Below are positions 20,300-28,973 of a DNA stretch of 64,000 nt, one piece after another (within the stretch, counting starts at the first letter, position 1; each line of letters opens with the position of its first letter). This stretch comes from Terriglobia bacterium (GTDB taxonomy: Bacteria > Acidobacteriota > Terriglobia > 20CM-2-55-15): positions 96,001 through 160,000 of the forward strand of contig CBDCLE010000010.1 of the NCBI GenBank assembly GCA_965218585.1, read 5' to 3'. Under the pieces are notes generated by a model. That model was not told the DNA's origin and made no database searches. It saw only the letters and a list, made by a program, of their open reading frames with translations. The position numbers and the translations under genes were made by a program.

Positions 20300-20650
20300 A
20301 TGCGTTCTGCGCCGAATCGCACACCATCAAAACTTTCCTTTGAGCAGAGCCCGTTCGCTTTCAATCAACCTGTCACCTCCCAACCGGAAACGATTTCTAC
20401 AGGAATCCAGGAAGTCGACACGCTGTCCCATGGCTTGCCACGAGGCCGGATTACCGAGATCTTTGGCCCGGACTCGTCAGGGCGGACCAGCCTTTTGCTC
20501 TCTACCCTTGCCGAAGTCACTGGAAAAGAAGAAGTTTGCGCTTTTATCGATCCTGCCGGGGTTTTCGACCCCTCATCTGCAGCCCACATGGGGGTGGATC
20601 TGGAACAACTGCTCTGGATCCGCACCCCAAAACCCGATATCAATCAAACA
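20300..20650 (+). pseudogene. RecA-fold/ImuA-like protein, truncated by IS21
   Basis: ISTGI..D...GLPRGRITEIFGPDSSGRTS (Walker A K to R), CAFID...FDP...GVDLEQLLWIR, then runs into the IS end. Confidence 0.8.
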
Positions 20651-20818
20651 TGCGTATTCCGGTCGATCGTGATCACTGATTCCGATCCAAGGTGATCAGC
20701 AATTCCGGGATTGTGATCACTGATTCCGGTCATCATGATCACCGATTCCGGCGATCATGATCACCCGTCGATAGCGAAGTTTTACCTGCTAGGTTCTCCT
20801 TACAGGAAGGAGAACTTG

Positions 20819-22369
20819 ATGGGAGCAAAACGGCTATCGATGAGACAGTCACGCGAGATTCTACGATTCAAATACGAACAGGAACTCAGCCACCGGGCCA
20901 TCGCCCGAGCCTGCCGAGTGGGAGTCGGGACGGTATCGGAGTACGTCCGACGAGCGGCAGAGGCGGGGCTGGAATGGCCGCTTCCAGAGGATCTGGACGA
21001 TGCAGCCCTGGAAGCGCGGCTGTTTCCCCACGCGGGACCAGGCTCGAGGGAACGAGTGCCTCCGGATTTGGAACGGATCCACCAGGAGTTGAAGCGTGTG
21101 GGAGTCACGCTGCACCTGCTGTGGGAAGAGTACCGGGAAGCGCATCCGGAAGGATATGCCTACAGCCAGTTCTGTGAGATCTGCCGGCGTTGGGCCCAGA
21201 AACTGAAGCCCTCGATGCGACAGGTGCATCGCGCCGGAGAGAAGGCCTTCATCGACTTTTCCGGCAAACGGCCGCAGCTGACGGATCCACACACGGGCGA
21301 AGCTGTTGCAGTCGAGTTGTTCGTGGCCGTGCTGGGCGCCAGCGGTTACACCTATGCCGAAGCGACTCCGAGCCAGAAACTCCCCGACTGGGTCGGTGTG
21401 CATATCCGCATGGTGGAGTTCTTCGGCGGATCGAGCCGGATCTGGGTTCCCGACCAACTCAAGAGTGCGATTACCCAGTCCTGCCGCTATGAAGCCGGCG
21501 TGAACCGCACCTGCCAAGATGCGGCCGAACACTACGGCGCAGTCGTCATTCCGGCCCGACCACGGAAACCCCGGGACAAGGCCAAGATCGAATCAACCGT
21601 CCTTCTGGCGCAGCGCTGGATTCTGGCGAAGATCAGGAATCGAACATTCTTCAGTCTGGCAGACTTGAACGAGGCGATCCGGGAGTTGCTGGTGGAACTG
21701 AACCAGCGGCCAATGCAAAAGCTTCGAGTGTCCCGTCTGGAACTCTATGAGCGACTGGATCGACCGGCATTACAGTCACTGCCGACCCACCGATATGAAC
21801 AGGCCGAATGGAAGGACTGTCGGGTCAACATCGACTACCACATTAGCGTGGATCGCCATCCTTACAGCGTGCCCTACCAGTTGATCCACCAGACGCTGGA
21901 AGCCCGTTACACCGCGTCCATTGTCGAGGTGTACCACAAAGGCCGGCGCGTCACCTCTCATCGCCGCCGCTACGATCACCAGCCCTCGACACTATCGGAA
22001 CATATGCCCAGTGCCCATCGGGCCCATGCGGAATGGACCCCGTCCCGGCTGATCCATTGGGCCCAGCAGACCGGCCCCAAGACCGGCCGCCTGGTCGAGG
22101 AGATCATGAAACGGTGGCCGCATCCGGAACAGGGGTACCGGGCCTGTCTGGGATTGATGAGTCTGGGGCGCCGTTCCGGCGCCGAGCGGCTCGAAGCCGC
22201 TAGCGCACGGGCACTGCACTTGCGGTCCTATAGCTACCGCACCGTCAAGAACATCCTGTCCTCGGCCCAGGACCGGTTGCCGTTCGAGGAAACCGAAACC
22301 CCACCCACACCCCATCACGACAACATTCGCGGCGCCGCCTACTATGCGGATCCGGAGGAGACGCACTGA
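20819..22369 (+). CDS. istA: IS21 transposase IstA
   Basis: FIDFSG, VPDQLKSA, KPRDKAKIE and C-terminal HDNIRGAAYY motifs. Confidence 0.95.
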   Translation: MGAKRLSMRQSREILRFKYEQELSHRAIARACRVGVGTVSEYVRRAAEAGLEWPLPEDLDDAALEARLFPHAGPGSRERVPPDLERIHQELKRVGVTLHLLWEEYREAHPEGYAYSQFCEICRRWAQKLKPSMRQVHRAGEKAFIDFSGKRPQLTDPHTGEAVAVELFVAVLGASGYTYAEATPSQKLPDWVGVHIRMVEFFGGSSRIWVPDQLKSAITQSCRYEAGVNRTCQDAAEHYGAVVIPARPRKPRDKAKIESTVLLAQRWILAKIRNRTFFSLADLNEAIRELLVELNQRPMQKLRVSRLELYERLDRPALQSLPTHRYEQAEWKDCRVNIDYHISVDRHPYSVPYQLIHQTLEARYTASIVEVYHKGRRVTSHRRRYDHQPSTLSEHMPSAHRAHAEWTPSRLIHWAQQTGPKTGRLVEEIMKRWPHPEQGYRACLGLMSLGRRSGAERLEAASARALHLRSYSYRTVKNILSSAQDRLPFEETETPPTPHHDNIRGAAYYADPEETH

Positions 22370-23130
22370 TGCTAATGGAACAGACCCTGGAGAAGATGAA
22401 CCAGATGAAGCTATCGGCCATGGTCGCGGCCCTGGATCAGCAACGCATCTCGAATCAGTACACCGATCTCAGCTTCGAGGAACGTTTGGGCCTGCTGATC
22501 GATGAGGAATGGACCGCTCGGGAGCACCGCAAGCTCACCCGGCGCCTGCGCGCGGCCAAGCTGCGCTACACGACCGCATCGCTGGAAAACGTCGACTTCA
22601 AACATCGTCGCAGTCTGGACCGTTCCCAAGTCCTCGCCCTGGGCTCGGGCGGATGGGTCCAGGACCGGCACAATCTCATCATTACCGGTCCAACAGGCAT
22701 CGGAAAGAGCTTCCTGGCTTCGGCCTTCGTCGAACGTGCTTGCCGGCAGGGCTTCAACGCCACCTACGTCCGCATGCCCCGGCTGTTGCACACCCTGGCG
22801 GTCGGCCGTGGAGACGGCTCCTACACCCGAGTTCTGGCCCGGTTGGCCAAGGCCGATCTGTTGGCCATCGACGACTGGCTCCTGGCTCCGCTACGCGACT
22901 CCGAACGCCGGGACCTGATCGAAGTCGTGGAGGAACGTAGCAAACGCTCCGCCATCCTGATTGCCAGCCAGCTCCCGGTCGCCGACTGGCACAGCGCCAT
23001 CGGCGACCCCAACCAGGCCGACGCCATCTGCGATCGCCTCCTCCACAATGCGCACCGCATCGAACTCAAGGGGCGTTCGATGAGACGCACCCGGACCGCG
23101 CCAAAAGCATCCTCCAGCGAGTCGGAATGA
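22369..23130 (+). CDS. istB: IS21 helper ATPase IstB
   Basis: GPTGIGKS, AIDDW, SQLPVADW and ADAICDRL motifs. Confidence 0.95.
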   Translation: MLMEQTLEKMNQMKLSAMVAALDQQRISNQYTDLSFEERLGLLIDEEWTAREHRKLTRRLRAAKLRYTTASLENVDFKHRRSLDRSQVLALGSGGWVQDRHNLIITGPTGIGKSFLASAFVERACRQGFNATYVRMPRLLHTLAVGRGDGSYTRVLARLAKADLLAIDDWLLAPLRDSERRDLIEVVEERSKRSAILIASQLPVADWHSAIGDPNQADAICDRLLHNAHRIELKGRSMRRTRTAPKASSSESE

Positions 23131-23157
23131 AAACGGAACGGAACAAGACAAACCAGT

Positions 23158-23253
23158 GGCCTGTGGAAAATGACGCCTATGGAAATCCACAAAACACGTG
23201 GATTCCCACAGCCTTGGAAAAGCCTGCGACTTTCCCACATTTACACACAGGCC
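23158..23253 (+). other. Nested-hairpin IS-end motif, copy E1
   Basis: ggccTGTGGAAAA..TATGGAAAT..ATTCCCACA..TTGGAAAA..TTTCCCACA..CACAggcc; same architecture at 37654-37774 and 49598-49693. Confidence 0.75.
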
Positions 23254-23417
23254 CGGCGACCAACAACAACGTTATGAAAGGATTCAAACAAGAATCGTGG
23301 ACTTCGGGAGGTCTAAACTGAGATCCTAAACTTCGCTTCGCTCCGGCGGGTGATCACAATCACCGGAATCCGTGATCAGGATCCCGGAACTGCTGATCAC
23401 GTTCAGCGGAATACACA

Positions 23418-23621
23418 CCCCATGGATATGAGGGCACTATCGGTCTTAGGGAGGCGGACTCCAACGGTAGCTACGAAAAGTACAGCTAGCGTAAGGAATG
23501 CCCATTGAGGCGTGAATTTGTTTCCGGGCGCGAAAAGACAAAGTAGTGCCAGAGGAGCACCGACTACGTAGATTCCGAGGAGATATTTCTTAAGCCCGGG
23601 TTCTATATTTTGCCACTTCAC
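23418..23621 (-). pseudogene. N-terminus of a multi-pass membrane protein (probable sensor), truncated by IS21
   Basis: Two hydrophobic helices, then VRLPKTDSALISMG running into the IS end. Sensor role inferred from resemblance to membrane domains that precede HD-GYP/GGDEF/kinase modules. Confidence 0.6.
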
Positions 23622-23651
23622 GTCAGGGGATACTCCCTTGACGCTTGTTCA

Positions 23652-23680
23652 GCAGGAGGATGGGCAAGAAAACCTCCTGC
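23652..23680 (-). terminator. Hairpin directly after the precursor peptide gene
   Basis: gcaggagg-N13-cctcctgc; no U-tract, so it may be a stabiliser or partial terminator. Confidence 0.45.
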
Positions 23681-23705
23681 CGAACACGTCAATTTTAAGA
23701 GAATG

Positions 23706-23801
23706 CTAGAAGGGCCACCATATCTCACTCGGAGCAATCTTCTGTTCCAACTCTTCAATTTCAATCTCGACATCAAGGGTAGCGACTTTGTTTTCGGCCA
23801 T
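23706..23801 (-). CDS. Small RiPP-like precursor peptide MAENKVATLDVEIEIEELEQKIAPSEIWWPF (31 aa)
   Basis: Translated by hand (below the ORF-track cutoff); RBS GGAGA 6 nt upstream; acidic leader ending EELEQKIAP, short aromatic core. Confidence 0.85.
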   Translation of the reverse strand: MAENKVATLDVEIEIEELEQKIAPSEIWWPF

Positions 23802-23897
23802 CATTATTCTCCAGGGACGGTTATAAAACGAAAGATTTTCTCTTCGCGCGCATCTTTTGCGATGCTGCGCGGCACCATTCGAAGTCTCACTTCTGGG

Positions 23898-23924
23898 CTA
23901 CACCCAGATCACGCCATACGACAT
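23898..23924 (-). CDS. 8-aa micro-ORF MSYGVIWV
   Basis: GGAGGT 5 nt before ATG TCG TAT GGC GTG ATC TGG GTG TAG; first ORF after the proximal riboswitch. Confidence 0.55.
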   Translation of the reverse strand: MSYGVIWV

Positions 23925-23969
23925 GGACTACCTCCAGATTTGGATTTTGGGTTCAATGATCCCCAAAAA

Positions 23970-24080
23970 CTCGGCAGCCCGACCGACATGGCTTCTCGAA
24001 CGGGGCATCGTGCCCGACCGAAAAAACGTTAGCCTCGTAAGCTTTGCGTCCCCGCCTTTCGGCGGATTTGCCTTTGTCTT
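23970..24080 (-). ncRNA. c-di-GMP-I (GEMM) riboswitch, proximal
   Basis: RC reads GGCAAA-tccgccGAAAggcggg-GACGCAAAGC..gaggCTAA...gggctGCCG. Confidence 0.9.
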
Positions 24081-24095
24081 GTAAAGGAACTCGTT

Positions 24096-24148
24096 GCTAA
24101 ATAAAGGAGGGCAGAAGGCTCCGTGCTCAGTAGCTGCCGCTTCCTTCA
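24096..24148 (-). terminator. Putative riboswitch-controlled terminator between the two aptamers
   Basis: RC gaaggaagcggcag...ctgccctcc followed by tttattt. Confidence 0.55.
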
Positions 24149-24240
24149 CCTGGCGGCCCGACGGGCATAGCCTCGATTCTTTCGAGCCCTTAGCCTGTGG
24201 CTTTGCGTCCTCGCCTTTCGACGGGTTTGCCCTTACAAGT
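24148..24240 (-). ncRNA. c-di-GMP-I (GEMM) riboswitch, distal
   Basis: RC reads GGGCAAA-cccgtcGAAAggcgag-GACGCAAAGCcacaggCTAA...gggccGCCA. Confidence 0.9.
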
Positions 24241-24370
24241 GGTTTATCGCCTTCAGTACATTAAGAAGTGGGTAACAGGGGAAAAATACTAGAATTACTA
24301 AAATACTTTGATTCTCGCGTGCCCCTGTGATCGGGAAAGCGCGAAAATTGCGTGTTCTGAATGGGATGGA

Positions 24371-26774
24371 CTAGGGCAGGAGGTGCCAGAATTCGGTCCG
24401 AATCAGGCGGACAAACCCGCGCGTCATTACCTGGATTATCGGTCGGCTGTCGGCATAGATCTTGGCCACGCCGGTCATTTCCTCTTTCAGGGCGCCATTC
24501 TCGTTCGACAGCTCCTCCCACTCCTCCCACAGACCCGTTCGAGTGCGACTCATAAGGGTGCGGACTTTGACGAAGAGTTCGCCGTTAACCGTTTCCGCTA
24601 CAGGAGCGATGAAGTCCACCTCTCCTTCGTAGTCGATCGCAGGGTAAGAGCGGACTTTCAAGACGACGCGGCTACCGGGATCGACGTCGACCATTTCCTC
24701 TTCCGGAACAAGCAACTCGGCCCAGACACGGTTCACATCCACGATTCGGACCACTTCTTCGCCTGGCAACACGTGCCGGTTCAGGAGACGCTCGACGAAC
24801 GGCGTGACGACGGTTCCCGAGATCGGTGCTACGATCCGGTTCTTCTTGATTTCATCAGTCAGAATCTTCTGTTGCGACTCCAGCATCTCGACCTCTGCCT
24901 GGGTTTGCTGGATTTCCTCGGACCGGAACCCGGCCATTAGAAGCGCGAGCGCGCTTTCCGCCTCGGCCAACTCCCGCTCCTTGAGGTCTTCTTCGCGGTC
25001 GTTGGATTCGGTCAGGATGTCGAGTGAAGCTTCCGTTTCGGCCACGGCACTCTGCTGGATCTGGAGTTCGGTTTCGGCTTTCTCCATATCGATGCGCGGT
25101 CCCGGTCCCTCCTCGAACAGATCGCGCGTCCGCCGAAACTCGATATCCGCCAGCTGCAGTTCCGTCTGTTCCCTCGTCAGGGTCTGTTCCAGCTGGTTAC
25201 GTTGCTGAAGATTTCTCCGGACGTTATTCAACTCCTGCCGTTTCGTGTCCACCAACCGTTCAGCGCGGTCCACTTCTTCGTCGCGTGGCCCCGTCTCCAG
25301 CAGATCTAGTTCGGCCCGTTTCTGTGCCAGCCCACCGTCGATTAGAGAGAGGTTTCGTTCGTTGTCGAAATCGTACAGCACGGCAATGAGTTCGCCTTCA
25401 TTGACGTGGTCGTTCTCGCCGACCATGGTCTCCCTCACTGTCCCTTCGGTTTGGGAACGCACAACCCTTACTTCGTTCGGAAGGATGGTGAAGTCCGCAC
25501 GAATCTTCAGGGTCCACGGGAAAAAGATCGTCACTAGCAACAGGACGCCGACAATACCCAGGTTGCGATACTTCCTGAGGGCGACTCGCGCCCCCACAGC
25601 CTTGGCTGCAGCGACCGGCTCGATAGCGGTGCGTTTGATTGTGAAGCCTGCAAACATCGCAAAACCCACGAGCCCCGCAAAATTCCAGTACGAGGTCGTC
25701 AGCATAAAGATGTTAACGTAAACCAGTGCAAGCAGTAACGTTGAAAAGGTCAGAGAAATCCCGCCGTAGAGGAGCAGTGCCCGGCGGTGCTCGCCCTTGA
25801 TCAATGGTTCTGCCTTACCGGCGATCCAGGCCTGGACCGCCTGAAAGGCCTTGGCCCGAAGGTTCGGGATCTCGAGGTAGTCGCTCAGAATGTAGTAACC
25901 GTCCAGCTTGATCAGCGGATTGAAGTTGAACAGGGTCTGGAGTCCGGCGAACAAAATAATCATTAATGCAATCTGGCCGATGAACGTGTCTTCCGCCACG
26001 ATGCGCCACACGATCAGCGCCAGTCCCCATATCACCAGCTGGAAGTAACCGCCGGCAAACGTCACCCACATCCGGTCGCGCCGTCGGGGAAACATCCAGG
26101 AATCGCTCACGTCGCAATACAGGGCAGGCGCGAAGTAGATCAGCATGAAACCGAGTTCGCGCACCTTGCCTCCGAAGTAACGGCACGTCAGTCCGTGCGC
26201 GAACTCGTGCATTGTCACCACGCACACCACGACGACCCAAATCATCAGGAACCCGTACACGCTGATCAGCGACGCCACCTGGTTGCCCAGCCGTGCGCCG
26301 TTCGAAAAGCTAATGAAGAATCCAGTCAGGATAATCAGCACTGCAAAGACGTGGAACGTAGGAGTGAAGAACCAGCGCACCTTCGGAAACAACCATTCGA
26401 AGACACGTTCTGCGTTCAAAGAAAAAAGCCGATAGTAGAGAAGGTTCTGGTCTTTGGGCTTTCTCGCCGTGAATTCAGCGATCTGCTCATGGACTTCGGG
26501 TGTGTCGAGAAGTTGCTTCTGCTCGAGGGAATGGAGCAGGCCTTCGAGTGATTCCGCTTTAACGGGGACACCGAATCTGCTCGCCGCCGCGCTGGCCAGC
26601 GATTCCAGATCGATCGGCTCGCGGATCAGTTCGAGGATCGAGGATGATGCCCTGATTCTCGGTGAAGCGCAGGTAGCGTTTCGTCACCGGATCTTTCACG
26701 ACAACATATTTCTTGCCGTGCTGCGTCTGCGTCGAAAACTCCAGTTCAGGTCGCAGGCTGTAAAGATCCGACAT
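24371..26774 (-). pseudogene. RRE/PqqD-like + M50 intramembrane zinc protease + HlyD-type membrane fusion protein, frameshifted by a 7-bp duplication
   Basis: HEFAH and NFNPLIKLDGY (site-2 protease), coiled coil, IVAPISGTV. Deleting one copy of tcgagga (26631-26644) joins ORF 26559-26774 (YVVVKDPVTKRYLRF) to ORF 24371-26419 in frame (798 aa). Confidence 0.88.
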
Positions 26775-26797
26775 CTGTTTACCTTATACAACAAGAA

Positions 26798-26823
26798 GAC
26801 CCTGCGAATCGCTTCGCAGGGTC
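26798..26823 (-). terminator. Terminator after the cold-shock gene
   Basis: gaccctgcgaa-tcgc-ttcgcagggtc with T-rich tails. Confidence 0.75.
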
Positions 26824-26854
26824 CTGTTTTCCGTAGAAAAAGAAATTGTGTCGT

Positions 26855-27070
26855 CTACTCGGCGTCAGTCATTGTCACGTTTTCGGCTTGAAAGCCTTTG
26901 GGTCCTTCCGTGATAGTGAACTCAACGTCTTCGCCTTCTTTGAGCGTCCTGTAGCCATCCGACTCTATGGCTGAATAGTGGACAAACACATCCCCGCCGC
27001 TGGCCCGTTCAATGAATCCGAAACCCTTCTTGTTGTTAAACCATTTAACCTTGCCTGTTTCCTTGCTCAT
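26855..27070 (-). CDS. Cold-shock protein (CspA family)
   Basis: [22 protein letters not shown] and GPKG.QA.NV motifs. Confidence 0.97.
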   Translation of the reverse strand: MSKETGKVKWFNNKKGFGFIERASGGDVFVHYSAIESDGYRTLKEGEDVEFTITEGPKGFQAENVTMTDAE

Positions 27071-27261
27071 GCCTCTCCGCTCCTTTTACATGTGTAACTG
27101 TTGCTCGTCCCACTTCAGAAAGCGCAAAAAGGAGGGCCGTCGACGGGATTCAGTTTCTAAGCTGGCCGCTCTTTTCTTCGTCTTCATTTTCCGTAAAGTT
27201 TGGACGGCCGCATTATATCTGAAGCTCCAAACGTGTCAACCATATACGGAATTTCCATGGG

Positions 27262-28353
27262 TCACAGAAACAGCGTGCAATCACCGTAGCTGTAGAAGCG
27301 ATAGTCGTGTTCGATAGCGTGGCGGTAGGCGTCGAAAACCAGCTCGCGCGAGGCAAAAGCGGAAACCAGGAGGAGCAGAGTCGATCTCGGTAGGTGAAAG
27401 TTCGTCAGGAGTCCGTCGATCGCTGAAAACCGGTACCCGGGGAGGATGTAGAGGTCGGTCTCACCACTCCCGGCTACGAAGCGACCGTGTCTAGCGAAAA
27501 CGTACTCGAGCGTCCGTGTTGTGGTTGTCCCCACGGCGACAAGGCGCCGGCCCTCGGCCCGGGCGGCGTTCAGGCTTTCGGCAGCCTCTTCGGAGATCTC
27601 GAAGCGTTCTGCTTTCAACTGGTGTTTAGCGGGATCTTGGGTGCGTACGGGTATGAACGTGCCGATGCCGACATGTAACGTCAGTTCCACCGTTTCAATC
27701 CCGGCGTCTTCAAGCTTGTCGAAGACATCCTGGGTAAAGTGCAAGCCCGCAGTTGGGGCGGCGATGGCGCCGGCGTTGTTGGCATAGACGGTCTGGTAGT
27801 CGGTAGCGTCTTCGGGGCCGTCAGCCCGGTCGATATAGGGCGGCAGCGGTAGGTGGCCCTGTTCTTCAAGGATCCCTGCAATCGTCGTCCCGGAGATGTC
27901 TGTCTGCGAAAGAACCCGCAGACCATGCGCCTGGCGCGCGCCGACCTCGAGGATTATTTCGTTCTCTTCGCTTTCAAGGAGGACCCGGTCGCCCTGCCGG
28001 ACCCGTCGTCCCGGATGGAGCATGGCTTCCCAGGAGTGTCGGTCGACTGGATTGGCGAACAGTATTTCGACACCCCGGCCCGTGCGCTCGAGGACACCGA
28101 AGATACGGGCCTTCAGGACCCGCGTGTTGTTCAGAACCAGTAAGTCGCCGCGTTTGAGGTGTTTCGGCAGATGTTGAAACATTGAATCCGTCCAATTACG
28201 GCCTTTCCGGTCGACGACAAGCAGCCTGGACCGGTCGCGTGGCCGAGCAGGCGTTTCGGCGATGCGATTGCTGGGTAAATCGTAGTCGTAGTCGGTAAGC
28301 GAAAGGACAGGCCGCGTTGTGTCTGGACCGTTACCAGTTGTATTGGAGCCCAT
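27262..28353 (-). CDS. queA: S-adenosylmethionine:tRNA ribosyltransferase-isomerase
   Basis: PLPPYI, YQTVYA, AAPTAGLHF, LTNFHLPRS and YRFYSYGD motifs. Confidence 0.97.
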   Translation of the reverse strand: MGSNTTGNGPDTTRPVLSLTDYDYDLPSNRIAETPARPRDRSRLLVVDRKGRNWTDSMFQHLPKHLKRGDLLVLNNTRVLKARIFGVLERTGRGVEILFANPVDRHSWEAMLHPGRRVRQGDRVLLESEENEIILEVGARQAHGLRVLSQTDISGTTIAGILEEQGHLPLPPYIDRADGPEDATDYQTVYANNAGAIAAPTAGLHFTQDVFDKLEDAGIETVELTLHVGIGTFIPVRTQDPAKHQLKAERFEISEEAAESLNAARAEGRRLVAVGTTTTRTLEYVFARHGRFVAGSGETDLYILPGYRFSAIDGLLTNFHLPRSTLLLLVSAFASRELVFDAYRHAIEHDYRFYSYGDCTLFL

Positions 28354-28450
28354 ATATGTAATGATGACCGCCGCAGTCGGCAGGCCCATTCCTATATAAG
28401 TATATCATTATAAAAAGGATAGTGTGTAAGGAAGAAAAAAAGCTACCAAG

Positions 28451-28480
28451 ATTGACATTCAGACACTCAGGTTATATTAT
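28451..28480 (+). promoter_or_regulatory. Sigma70 promoter of hsp20-clpB with HAIR-like inverted motif
   Basis: TTGACA-17 nt-TATTAT; ATTGACA-N7-ACTCAGG resembles the HspR site CTTGAGT-N7-ACTCAAG. Confidence 0.65.
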
Positions 28481-28514
28481 TCTTTAAGACTAAATTCTGA
28501 AGGAGGTTGAAGTG

Positions 28515-28958
28515 ATGGCAGTCATTCGATGGGATCCTTTTAGAGACATCAATATGTTACAGGATCGGATGAATAGGCTCTTTGAAGATGCCAATCATCG
28601 ATGGAGGGCTGATGAACCTTCCAGCACAACGTCGTGGAGTCCCGCCGTGGATATCTACGAGAATGATACCGAGATCGTCGTCAAGGCCGAGGTTCCGGGA
28701 TTGGACCAGAAGGACATCGAACTGAATCTGGAGAACAACGTGCTCACACTTAAAGGGAACCGGCAGTTCGAAAAAGAGGCCAAGGACGAAAATTACCATC
28801 GAATCGAGCGGGCGTACGGCGGATTCAGCCGCTCGTTCTCGATTCCGGCCGTTGTGGACGACTCCAAGATCCGGGCCGATTACAAGGAAGGTGTTTTGAC
28901 GATCGCTCTTCCGAAAACACAGAAAGCGAAGCCAAAACAGATCAAGATCGAGAGCTGA
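28515..28958 (+). CDS. Hsp20/alpha-crystallin small heat-shock protein
   Basis: WDPFRD, PAVDIYE, ERAYGGFSRSF and YKEGVLTI motifs; RBS aggagg. Confidence 0.96.
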   Translation: MAVIRWDPFRDINMLQDRMNRLFEDANHRWRADEPSSTTSWSPAVDIYENDTEIVVKAEVPGLDQKDIELNLENNVLTLKGNRQFEKEAKDENYHRIERAYGGFSRSFSIPAVVDDSKIRADYKEGVLTIALPKTQKAKPKQIKIES

Positions 28959-28973
28959 TCGAGGTCGGACACC

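Larger units (their letters stand above)
20651..23417 (+). mobile_element. IS21-family element (IS408-like), no TSD
   Basis: Ends tgcgtattccg / cggaatacaca; multiple gtgatcacNNattccg repeats at both ends; flanks aaaca and cccat differ. Confidence 0.93.

Noticed and set aside
20660-20770. Regularly spaced gtgatcac..attccg repeats as a CRISPR array or iterons
   Set aside because: They have ~22-bp periodicity with no unique spacers and are mirrored at the other end of the element; these are IS21 terminal repeats. No CRISPR array or cas gene was seen in the window.
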